From Laetmonice hystrix (lineage: Eukaryota), in the NCBI GenBank assembly GCA_965235115.1, contig OZ249453.1:17050001-17114000 (forward strand): 64,000 nt of DNA, given 5' to 3'. The stretch's first letter is position 1. Each line of letters begins with the position of its first letter. Below the pieces are notes generated by a model. The model ran no database searches and was not told the DNA's origin. It saw only the letters and a program-made list of their open reading frames with translations. This document shows positions 13,664 to 25,203 of this stretch, piece after piece. A program made the position numbers and the translations under genes.

Positions 13664-13953
13664 AGACGTTACGGTACTAGCATAGATTCTATACTGAAGA
13701 TATGCATCCTGATATTTAGTCACAATATCACCATTTACTTGATCTAGAGCTTCGTGGCAAACATGAGACGTCACGATACTAGCATAGATTCTATACTGAA
13801 TATATGCATCCTGATATTTAGTCACAATATCATCATTTACTTGATCTAGAGCTTCGTGGCAAACATGAGACGTCACGATACTAGCATAGATTCTATACTG
13901 AATATATGCATCCTGATATTTAGTGGCAATATCACAATTTACTTGATCTAGAG
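13664..13953. repeat. Tandem repeat, 102-bp unit, ~2.8 copies
   Basis: CTAGCATAGATTCTATACTGAA at 13677, 13779, 13881. Confidence 0.95.
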
Positions 13954-14827
13954 GCAAACGTGAGGATGGCGCTGCCAGAAGACATAGATTAAAAAATGAC
14001 AAAAACGTTATATTGATGTTATACAACGTTTATTGGAGCTTTTTGCTCGCTCGAATAGACTATATTGAGTATGTTATGTTTATTACTGTCGGGTATGGTA
14101 GGGGTGGAAGTAGAAAGGATGTAGCGGGGGAGACGAGGACGTAGTATGCATGTGGTTCTGTCCCTGAGGTGTAAAATTCAGTTAACTATCTGCACAACAC
14201 AACTCATGATTGAATCAACACTGGAATACTGGCACTTAACGGCACGACTGTGATTACATCCTCTCCACATGCGAGCCAATAGAATTCGTTATTTCTGTCA
14301 GCCGGCGCTTCCGGACGCAAAGAGCATGCGTGGAAGGCTCTAGAGCTCGATACTTTTCGGCCCTCCTTTATGGAGAACTCCAGCAAAAAGACCGTTCAGA
14401 GAAGGGCCTGGAATCTCTGTAAGCTTATGGAAGAGGACAGATTGGGTCGGTATGTGCCCTACACTACCAATGACGAAGTGGGCAGATCAGCAGGGGGCAG
14501 ATCACCCCAGGGGGAGGGGGTGGTGGGATGGAGGGTGATAAATAACCTCGTATTTTGCCCTATGATAGAAGGGCACTGCGCAGAAACTCACGGCGATACA
14601 AGGTAGTGGAAGTATAGATTTGTTGTACGTCCCGAGGCTCTCCCCTTCCGGTATATGGTAGCGGGTGTCTTGTAAAGAAAATGATTGGCGAATTATATAA
14701 AGAGCCGGGGCGTTTCTATTTCGTAAACATAAGCAGACAAAGAGGTAGGCTACCCAGGGTCGGGAAGCCATTCGTAGTTTTCTGGCGCTCTTGTCAGATT
14801 TTAACGTAATCTTCGCGGAAACCCTGC

Positions 14828-16013
14828 GGAAATTGTAAATTTACTTCTAAACTTGCAAACTGCGGAAAGAAACCGATCGATGGGTATACATTAGACTGCA
14901 GGAACCTGCAATCTACCCACTGGCACTGACCCAGCAATGGTTTCCACTGTGAACAATCTACCCACTGACCCAGCAATGGTTTCCACTGTGAACAATCTAC
15001 CCACTGGCACTGACCCAGCAATGGTTTCCACTGTGAACAATCTACCCACTGACCCAGCAATGGTTTCCACTGTGAACAATCTACCCACTGACCCAGCAAT
15101 GGTTTCCACTGTGAACAATCTACGCACTGGCACTGACCCAGCAATGGTTTCCACTGTGAACAATCTACGCACTGACCCAGCAATGGTTTCCACTGTGAAC
15201 AATCTACGCACTGGCACTGACCCAGCAATGGTTTCCACTGTGAACAATCTACCCACTGACCGAGCAATGGTTTCCACTGTGAACAATCTACCCACTGACC
15301 CAGCAATGGTTTCCACTGTGAACAATCTACCCACTGACCCAGCAATGGTTTCCACTGTGAACAATCTACCCACTGACCCAGCAATGGTTTCTACTGTGAA
15401 CAATCTACCCACTGACCCAGCAATGGTTTCCACTGTGAACAATCTACTCACTGGCACTGACCCAGCAATGGTTTCCACTCTGATGACGGAAGAGTGTGTC
15501 TCTTTCTTCGGAAAGCTTTCTGCCCTCTCAAACGTCCATCCATCTCAATTCCAAGTGGGAGGTTTCGCCTTCAACTCCACTGAGCAATATTATGTATACA
15601 TGTATACCGGAAAGCTAACTGTCAATATGATGTGGCTGCAGAAAGGGTACTTTGTACAACCGAACCAGCGATCATAAAAAACATGCGAGATCCCGCCTCA
15701 CTGCGATTGGAATAACATAAAACACGCTGTCATAAAAAAGTATACAGGGAGAAGTTTACTCAAAAACAAACAGATTGAGGAGGCAACTTCGGAAAGAAAA
15801 TGTTAATGGCAGTCCAATACCTAACTTCCTCTCCGTACGAGATCAATAGTTCTTGTCTGGATGGAATTTCACCGATTCAGAAATATGGGTCTGGCTCTAA
15901 TGCTGGTCCATGTCGGGAGGGACCGTTGTTTCATAAATTCACATTATTTTATCAAAGAGTACCGTGGAGGTGCTTCCAAATCTTCTATGGGCAAAAAGAA
16001 AATGGCTGTGTGA
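14828..16013 (+). pseudogene. Degraded NADAR (YbiA/DUF1768-family) domain coding sequence with frameshifts, interrupted by an in-frame minisatellite
   Basis: Ordered motifs across frames: CVSFFGKLSALSNVHPSQFQVGGFAFNSTEQYY (15495-15593); shift to YRKANCQYDVAAERVLCTTEPAIIKNM (from 15605); DWNNIKHAVIKK (from 15705); shift to REKFTQ (15746-15763); SSPYE (15827-15841); NL(x)MGKKKMAV* (to 16013). Matches the NADAR pattern F..LSNF....F...G..F.S.EQY....KA....A..IL....P..K; W; KF.QN; E.SP.D; N.LG..LM.VR. By-eye alignment only. Confidence 0.75.
14909..15479 (+). repeat. Minisatellite, 39/45-bp units encoding DPAMVSTVNNLPT(GT), 14 copies
   Basis: Both unit lengths are multiples of 3; the array is continuous with the NADAR-like frame (ORF 14937-15677). 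Confidence 0.97.
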
Positions 16014-16240
16014 AATCTCCTTGAAGAATAGCAATGGCAGGTTGCTACGACCCCAGCCAGCGCCCCTGGCCGGCTACCTTTGGTGTAGAGGTGTTCATTG
16101 TGAGGGGACTATAAAGGTTATCGTTATCAAGCCGGTTTGCTACTCGCGACCTGTTATCTTATCTTAATCAGACCAGTCAGGAGATAAATCCCCCACTCCC
16201 ACATCCAGCCTCACTGGCCAAGCGTGTCCATCAGGAAACC

Positions 16241-16254
16241 GTTTCCATGGCAAC
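16241..16254. promoter_or_regulatory. RFX X-box motif GTTTCCATGGCAAC
   Basis: Full match to the RFX/X-box consensus; function untested. Confidence 0.45.
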
Positions 16255-16817
16255 CGTAACTATTGCCCGTTGTTAGCGTGCAGTGCCCGTGAAATCTCCC
16301 AGACACGGGTAGACTGTCCGATTGGGCGCTTGTCAGCTAATCACTGTGGTGACCTGGGCAGATTATCCGCTGGATTAGTAGATTATAGAGACGCGTGGGA
16401 CATACGGTAAGGGGGGCGGAGGATGGGAGGAACTCAAGATGGGTTCCTGGCCGAGGCTGATAATAAACACTGACGGTTTTAGACCGAAATCAGATATTAG
16501 ATTTTTAAAATTTTACAAAGTTATTCAGTGAGGAGACGGAAGCGTCTTCCTCCCAGAGTAATTAATATTCATCCATAGAAAATCTCCACATAACCCCCCC
16601 CCCCCAAACACCGATACATATATACAATTATAGCAGTCAGACTAGTCTCTGCGCCATCTTATTTCAAACCAAATCAGTTATACGCTCATTGTGAGGATAT
16701 GGCCATTTTAAAATATAGTCTAGATTTTTAGCGGAAGATACAGAGAGGCTTTAGATGAATGTTGCTTGGCTTCAGCCACATCGAACATAACATAATTTCA
16801 ACTTTGTGTATTTTTGC

Positions 16818-18688
16818 CTGAGTGAATCCTGAATTGAGCGGACATGTAGGGAGTTTTCCCTGAGTGAATCCCGAATTGAGCGGACATGTATATTTTTCCC
16901 TGTGTGAATCCTGAATTGAGCGGACATGTAGAGATTTTTCCCTGTGTGAATCCTGAATTGAGCGGACATGTAGGGCGTTTTCCCTGTGTGAATCCTGAAT
17001 TGAGCGGACATGTAGGGAGTTTTCCCTGTGTGAATCCTGAATTGAGCGGACATGTAGGGCGTTTTCCCTGTGTGAATCCTGAATTGAGCGGACATGTAGA
17101 GATTTTTCCCTGTGTGAATCCCGAATTGAGCGGACATGTATATTTTTTCCTGTGTGAATCCGGAATTGAGCGGACATGTAGGGAGTTTTCCCTGTGTGAA
17201 TCCCGAATTGAGCGGACATGTAGGGATTTTTACCTGTGTGAATCCTGAATTGAGCGGACATGTGTATTTTTCCTTGTGTGAATCCTGAATTGAGCGGACA
17301 TGTAGGGATTTTTCCCTGTGTGAATCCTGAATTGAGCGGACATGTAGGGATTTTTCCATGGGTGAATCCTGAATTGAGCGGACATTTAGGGATTTTTCTC
17401 TGTGTGAATCCTGAATTGAGCGGACATGTAGGGAGTTTCCCCTGTGTGAATCCTGAATTGAGCGGACATGTAGGGATTTTTCTCTGTGTGAATCCTGAAT
17501 TGAGCGGACATGTAGGGATTTTCCCCTGTGTGAATCCTGAATTGAGCGGACATGTAGGGATTTCTCCCTGGGTGAATCCTGAATTGAGCGGACATGTAGG
17601 GATTTTTCCCTGTGTGAATCCTGAATTAAGCGGACATGTAGGGATTTCTCCCTGTGTGAATCCTGAATTGAGCGCACATGTAGAGATTTTTCCCTGTGTG
17701 AATCCTGAATTGAACGGACATGTAGGGAGTTTTCCCTGTGTGAATCCTGAATTGAGCGGACATGTAGGAATTTTTCCCTGTGTGAATCCTGAATTGAGCG
17801 GACATGTAGGGAGTTTTCCATGGGTGAATCCTGAATTGAGCGGACATGTAGGGAGTTTTCCCTGTGTGAATCCTGAATTGAGCGGACATGTAGGGAGTTT
17901 TCCCTGGGTGAATCCTGAATTGAGCGGACATGTATATTTTTCCCTGGATGAATCCTGAATTGAGCGGACATGTAGGGAGTTTTCCCTGTGTGAATCCTGA
18001 ATTGAGCGGACATGTAGGGATTTTTCCCTGTGTGAATCCTGAATTGAGCGGACATGTAGGTATTTTCCCTGTGTGAATCCTGAATTGAGCGGACATGTAG
18101 AGATTTTTCTCTGTGTGAATCCTGAATTGAGCGGACATGTAGGGATTTTCCCCTGTGTGAATCCTGAATTGAGCGGACATCTAGGGAGTTTTCCCTGTGT
18201 GAATCCTGAATTGAGCGGACATGTAGAGAGTTTTCCCTGTGTGGATCCTGAATTGAGCGGACATGTAGGGAGTTTTCCCTGTGTGAATCCTGAATTGAGC
18301 GGACATGTAGGGATTTTTCCCTGTGTGAATCCTGAATTGAGCGGACATGTAGGTATTTTCCCTGTGTGAATCCTGAATTGAGCGGACATGTAGGTATTTT
18401 CCCTGTGTGAATCCTGAATTGAGCGGACATGTAGAGATTTTTCTCTGTGTGAATCCTGAATTGAGCGGACATGTAGGGATTTTCCCCTGTGTGAATCCTG
18501 AATTGAGCGGACATCTAGGGAGTTTTCCCTGTGTGAATCCTGAATTGAGCGGACATGTAGAGAGTTTTCCCTGTGTGGATCCTGAATTGAGCGGACATGT
18601 AGGGAGTTTTCCATGGGTGAATCCTGAATTGAGCGGACATGTAGGGAGTTTTCCCTGGGTGAATCCTGAATTGAGCGGACATATAGGG
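16818..18688. repeat. Minisatellite, 42-bp unit (40-41-bp variants), ~45 copies, with a 334-bp higher-order duplication
   Basis: Unit TGTGAATCCTGAATTGAGCGGACATGTAGGGAGTTTTCCCTG; diagnostic variants recur 334 bp apart (e.g. GTGGATCCTG at 18241 and 18575). Confidence 0.98.
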
Positions 18689-20798
18689 AAGAGTTAATTT
18701 CGCGCAACCCGCTTTCAGTATGAGAAGGCCGCTGGCACTGCAGCCTCATTAGGTCTGGCGCTGCTAACGATGTCTCTGATAGGACTTGGCCATACTTGAT
18801 ATTGATTTCTAGATCATATAAGTGCGAAGTCTGGACTATGTAGGTGGCTGCTTCTATTTGAAGTATGGGAAAGAGGGTGGGAAGGGATAAGTCTAGGGAG
18901 CCCAAAGATGTTCAGCCTGCAAGTGCCACGAATAATTTTTCAATTCGCTTTTGCTACACGGTTTTATAGCCAGCATTTTATGCGAGAATTTATGTGTTAC
19001 CAGCAGGGGACGTGTCTGGTCCAGTATGTTTAGAATGAAGGCGTTTTTATTGTGTAGAGGCTAGGCATAAAACATAAAACGATGTTTTTAAGTTGATAGT
19101 GTGTGTAGTGGCAGACCGTCTTGATTTCCGTCCGCGGAGTAGCTCAAATAATTGCATTTCGTATTTTACATGTTATTGATATTACCCATTAGGAGCAGCG
19201 TAGCAGAACCGATCATTTACATGTCTTCCGCTCTCATGTCGAGCTATGATGATTTCAACTTGAAAGCGTTTATTGTGCTAAATTGATTTTCAACACGAAA
19301 GGCAAACAACTCCATTCATGAAACGTTTTTACTTTGAAGTCCCAGCGTAGTGTAATTGCAGATGAAACATTTTGGTCGTCTGCCTAAGTTGTACAATGTT
19401 TGCTTGGAGCATCAAATACTTACCACTTATAGTTTGTAATCCCGGTAGTAATTGTTGTCAATTACAACATATGTTTGCTTCCTCGGGGGGAGGGTGGAGA
19501 AGTCCGGTAACAGCCCAGCAATGTGTCTAGGGGTGTGGAAAGGGCACACGCCCAAATTGTTCGTGGTGTTACGACAATTTGGCCATCGATTTTTTTGTCC
19601 TTTGGGGAACATCTTGAGACACTCGCCAGAGACGAGTTGTAAAATGGGGTTGACAGGGGGAGGGTGAGAGGCAGGGTGTGCAAACTCACCCAGACGTCGC
19701 TGGGTAAAAGGGCACCATAGAAGGGTGCTTTATGCACGTTAACTTTGAAGGCATCCCAGACTTCTATGTGTTCTGTCGTGACAATTCACGTTTGTCAGCT
19801 TTTCGTCCACGGAAATGGTTACGACAGGAAACCGTTACAACGCATTGCCAGCGGCTTTCTAGACGCTACACAAACATGTTTTTCTTCGCCAATGAATGCT
19901 TGGCACAAATTCGCTGCAGGACTTCTCTTTTTTCGGACGGAGTCGTTAATGTTTCTGGAATCAGTACATCGGTCATTCCATTAGTCTGCGGTTGTTGTTT
20001 GACAAGAGGAATGTTCAGTGGTCACTGACATCAAGTTGAAATGCATCCGCTGAGTCGAAAGGGTTAACAATTAAACGACAGTTCTTTGATATCAACCGTT
20101 TTGTACCTTTCTTTTCAAAACTGCGTGCGTCCATACTCTTTCTGGAGCGATCGTGCGTCTATAGCTTTCTACATCAAAGATTACTATATGTTGCTAGGAG
20201 ACAAATTTCAAAGACTCCTGTTGTAATTGCGTATTGGAAAGGCTTCAGAAGAAGACGAGTTCGACATATTGACCCTTTGCGCCCCCGGTCTCTTTGCCAG
20301 TCAATGTGTGCTTGCTATGGCCGTGTTTGATATTCATGATGTGACTATATTAATGAATGACTACATTCTGTTGTGGATGACATCAGTTTATTATAGTTGT
20401 CATTTATCCATATTTGAAAATGATCAATTTTCATTTAGATGGACTCCTTGAAGATTGAGTTTTCAATATAAACATTCCTTTTATCTAAGATTGTGGTATT
20501 TCATTATTCTATAACAACACATTCTTTATTCTTGTAAAGAATTTTTTCACTGCCAAGTTTGTAATTAATGTTATGGGTTTTGTCTCCTTTCATAATCTAA
20601 CTCGAGGAAAATTTATTTTAGCCACTACAAGTTCATTATGATTTTGATAATGTTATTTTGTTTCATAAAAGATAGCCAATGGAGTTCATATAAAGGCCTT
20701 CAGGCATTTATCATTTGGAGCGTATTATGAATTACCGATTGTAAGTTAGAAATGCCATCAAATCGAAAATATTGCACGGCAGAAGAATTTCTCCCCTC

Positions 20799-20800
<2 letters not shown>

Positions 20801-20863
<63 letters not shown>
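20801..20863. repeat. (CT)n microsatellite, ~31 units
   Basis: Pure dinucleotide run. Confidence 0.99.
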
Positions 20864-20870
<7 letters not shown>

Positions 20871-23008
20871 AGAGACCTTGCCTGAAAGCTCAGCCATCGC
20901 CCGAGCGAGACACTCCGCTCCATTATTGTCGTGCCCCCTTGACCTCCGCCAAAGGTCAAGGTCAGTTAACATCAGGATTAAATTCGGGAGAAAATTCTGC
21001 CTCTGTCGAGTTCGCCTAGGCGCCCTGTGAGCTGCAAGAAAGGTCAAATGAGGATTTCAAAGAAGCGTGACCTACCAAGGTCGTTAGAGAAGGCAATTTG
21101 TGGATGCTGTGGAGGGAAAGGTAGACTGATATGTGAAGTTATTGATTTACGTGATAAAGGGGCCGTCTCCTCGTACTTTCATATAACCAATAAATGGTAG
21201 CAGAACTCTTACAAAAATGATTAGGTGCAGCAAGAGCAAGTGAAGGCCAACACAGGTCAACTTGGAAGTCATGCCAAAATATCAGCAACATGTTGAAGAA
21301 GTCAAAGACAGGGAAGTATTTTCCATTGTTTGTAAATAATTTACGACTGTATAGCAAAACAAATTTTGTGAGATGAATACTGCTTTGCCTCTTTAGGCGA
21401 TGTAAGTTTAAAATGTAGATAACACCCTCACTTGTTATAATCTGGGTTAAAAATAGGTGTTGCAAAAAAGGCGTTCCGTGATAAAAAAAATTGCTCGGTT
21501 TGGGGGTCAGGCGAGAGGTGGTCTAATACCAACCATTGGACGCAAGAGCGAAGATGAATGTATAGACAGTGAAGGAAATAGAGTAAGTACAGGTCTATTG
21601 TTGGTAGATTGATGGTTGTGGCCCAGTGGCAGGCTGGGTACTGATTTGTTATTGTTACAGCGGTCGGTCCGTGCTGGGGGAAACAGTCTAAAGATTATCC
21701 ACGACCGCATCGCCCAACCTGATCGTTGCCTGCTCACCGGAGCCAGGTTTCGGGCTGCGGTTCCAGGGCGCTTTTATCTTGATCAATTATCATTGATTGT
21801 GGCTATTTTTTGTCCTTCCCGATCCCAGTCACGGATTGGCGATCTGTTCGAGCCACTACCGAGTGGTTGTACGTCAATCTGGGTGGATCATGGTCTGATG
21901 TAAGACCGACTGTGAGATGGACAGCCTCGAAATGGTTCCAGTGATTTAGTAGTGGTTACATCACAAGAGACTAACCAATCAGCATCTCTGACACAGCGAG
22001 CAAACGATGATTAACGGAAGACCAGTCAGAACACAGTTCACTTGGGGCAGGAGTTTATGTCGTTTAACACTCGTGGGAAGTGCATATCTGTGTACAGAGC
22101 AACCAAAGACGACACGTTCTTTGATTAAAATATGTTCAGATTGGGGACACATTTGGAATGGGAGCCTGAAACTAACATCAGGAGTTTCTTGCTCCTGTGG
22201 ACCAATTTTCAAAAGCGTAGAATGTCTGAAATGGAAGAGGCGATTTTATTTGAAAGCGAAAAAAGTTTGGAATTGAAATGTCTGGAAGATCTACACACAA
22301 GACTGTGATTTTCAATGTCGTAAAGGGCAGATTTGAGAACGAAAGAAGGAATAACTTCGTTGTGTCTACATTGCCAAATGTTTCTTGTCCTAAATTTCAA
22401 CGTATCGCGCTTCAACGTTTTAACAAGGGTACTGAAACATTGAATAGGCACATGATGTTTTACGTTAACTGGAGTTTGATGATGACCGATCCCTGCTTGG
22501 TTTCACTCCAGAGCAGATGGTTGAGGCCGGGATCAGTCGTCCTCCTGTGTTTGACTTGCAGGGATTTCTCCAGTGAGTGAGACACACGTGGAAACATTAG
22601 GGCCTGCTTGAGACATGATTAGTGTACACGTAACTATGTGGAGTTACTTCACAAGGAACGAATCAATAGAGGAAAAGGCGGGTCTGCGCAGGGTATTGAG
22701 GGTTTTGAGGGGGAGGGGGTATGGGGGAATGTTAAGCAGGGGTGTATAGAACGGGTGGGGTGGGGATGGGGGGTGACGGGCGATACCAGCAACACAGACT
22801 GGAAGGAGAACTTACCAGCACCCCCTCTGGTTGTGTTGGGATGCTGCTGTTACCCCAGCGCCGGCGGATGGGTGGGGTGGTGGGGGTGAGATGGGGGGTT
22901 CCCCACTGTACCAGGACCACTCTGGTGGTAGTAAGGGGTGTGTGTGGGAGAGGAGCTCGGCTGCACGGATCCGGTGAGTGCTCCTTCACGCCAGTCAAAC
23001 AATTGTAG

Positions 23009-23373
23009 TCGGAGCGTTGGCCCAGCATCCAATACGTGGATCCTGAGTCGGTGGTGGTGCAAGGACCCCCATCCTCCTCTATACCTGAACCCCCCATACT
23101 CTCCTCGTGTCTGCACATACTCGTCAGCCGCCACCATACCGACAAGCTGGCGTGGAAAAAGATCTGGAAGGGGACAGTAGGGAGGCTGCTTCGGAGGAGG
23201 GGTCGGAGCACAGGCAGGAAGCGTGGTCGTGGGAAAGGAAGGGATGGCAAACTGGATCTGGTGGCCACGGCTACGACGCCGCTGCTACCACCGCGCCCTA
23301 AACACTGCGACGTGGAGCCAAGTACCAGTTCGTGTAGCACGGCTCTCAAAGCTAGCACCAGCAATAGCGTAAG
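23009..23373 (+). CDS. Candidate coding exon, unidentified product; strand and frame ambiguous
   Basis: GC-rich, non-repetitive, open frame SERWPSIQYVDPES...DKLAWKKIWKG...RKRGRGKGRDGK...NSV ending at donor AAG/GTAGGC; weak acceptor. A minus-strand frame is also open for ~220 codons and meets a GTAAGT donor at 22816/22815. Confidence 0.25.
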
Positions 23374-23396
23374 GTAGGCACAGCCTCTACAAACCA

Positions 23397-23990
23397 NNNN
23401 NNNNNNNNNNNNNNNNNNNNNNNNNNNNNNNNNNNNNNNNNNNNNNNNNNNNNNNNNNNNNNNNNNNNNNNNNNNNNNNNNNNNNNNNNNNNNNNNNNNN
23501 NNNNNNNNNNNNNNNNNNNNNNNNNNNNNNNNNNNNNNNNNNNNNNNNNNNNNNNNNNNNNNNNNNNNNNNNNNNNNNNNNNNNNNNNNNNNNNNNNNNN
23601 NNNNNNNNNNNNNNNNNNNNNNNNNNNNNNNNNNNNNNNNNNNNNNNNNNNNNNNNNNNNNNNNNNNNNNNNNNNNNNNNNNNNNNNNNNNNNNNNNNNN
23701 NNNNNNNNNNNNNNNNNNNNNNNNNNNNNNNNNNNNNNNNNNNNNNNNNNNNNNNNNNNNNNNNNNNNNNNNNNNNNNNNNNNNNNNNNNNNNNNNNNNN
23801 NNNNNNNNNNNNNNNNNNNNNNNNNNNNNNNNNNNNNNNNNNNNNNNNNNNNNNNNNNNNNNNNNNNNNNNNNNNNNNNNNNNNNNNNNNNNNNNNNNNN
23901 NNNNNNNNNNNNNNNNNNNNNNNNNNNNNNNNNNNNNNNNNNNNNNNNNNNNNNNNNNNNNNNNNNNNNNNNNNNNNNNNNNNNNNNNNN
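23397..23990. other. Assembly gap (594 N)
   Basis: Run of N. Confidence 1.
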
Positions 23991-24244
23991 TCATTTACTC
24001 TATTCAAACACGGCCACATACTGTTGGTATCACTATATCCATGTCACACCTGAAGACAGCACACCCTGAAAGAAAAGAACGTTAGCCATGATTTCAATAG
24101 GGCACAAAGCCGTACACCCCACCGTCCCAGCCACCCCCAACCTTGGAAACCGTTTTGTACCATTGTATTATACCACCAGCACCGCTACCAGCACCACATG
24201 ACTGACAGCCACCCGTCCAAACACAACAGTGCTTTCTGTTATAG

Positions 24245-24387
24245 CCACTTTGACACCAGGGCATGGGTTGCACGCTCCCTTCCCACTGGCTGGCAGTGAC
24301 CGATCCGTTTCCCCCTCTGCAACATTTCCTCATGGGTGGTGGCCCAGGGACACGCAGACAGGAGGGCATGCAGTCCATGGCTTGTTA
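24245..24387 (+). CDS. Candidate 143-bp exon, unidentified product
   Basis: Acceptor TTCTGTTATAG and donor TTA/GTGAGT; single open frame (A)TLTPGHGLHAPFPLAGSDRSVSPSATFPHGWWPRDTQTGGHAVHGLL. Confidence 0.25.
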
Positions 24388-25203
24388 GTGAGTCGGGACC
24401 GTACTGTATGGTCAGGCCCACAGAGGCCCTCGTCGACTCTCTGAATTAATTCCAGTGTTGTTATCCGCTATAATACACGACATAGGCTGGATGTATCCGG
24501 GTGGGATTACAAACCATTGATTATTCAGGCCATTGGACGTATCGGAGGAGGCATTGCCCCACTCAGCTTCGTTTACAAGCTTTTGTCCCAAGTTGTGCAG
24601 TATTAATGGCAAAGGAAGCCAGAATCGAGGGTGTAGGACTACTTCTTTCAGACCTAGGAGACCAAATGAGTGTTGATGCCACGATTTATCGGTACGATTG
24701 TCTATGCTCAGTCCCATTATGGTTTGATATTAACTGAAGCGTGAGAATAAGGAGAGACACGGGCCGACCACCACGGCCAACCGCCATGCCGTGAACGTAA
24801 ACAGGCCATAGCTTTGACATAACCAATCCAGTGGAACTGATTTAATGTTTCTAGGGCTGAAAGACACCCCTCCCAGACCTTTGCTACAAGACAAACATAT
24901 CAGTGAAGAGAGAGGGGGGATATAGAGCACCTATGAGGTCCCATGAGGTCCCATGAGGTCCCATGGGGAGGCGATGAGAAGGAATCCCTCCACATAACCT
25001 TCCTGACGTATTGCGAGTAGTTTATAGAGAAAGTGGTGATTTTCAGGCACCGGTTATTGGTTGATCTCTTCATCCCATTCTGAAGTTGATGAGGTGAATT
25101 CATACAAAACATTGTAACCATTTCTGGTTTCCATTGTCTCATCGGGTCGTCATTTTGGCGTCATTAGATGGGTCTGAACCTGTAACAGCAATCCGTGAGA
25201 AGT

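Noticed and set aside
16728-18905. 725-aa and 580-aa ORFs as zinc-finger genes
   Set aside because: Only a linker-like motif is present; no CxxC...HxxxH spacing, and unit-length variants shift the frame.
20058-20278. piggyBac-like ends AAAGGG-TTAA and TTGA-CCCTTT
   Set aside because: They face away from each other and no partner ends were found.
22732-24019. 420-aa and 210-aa ORFs in the track
   Set aside because: They run through the N gap and are artefacts.
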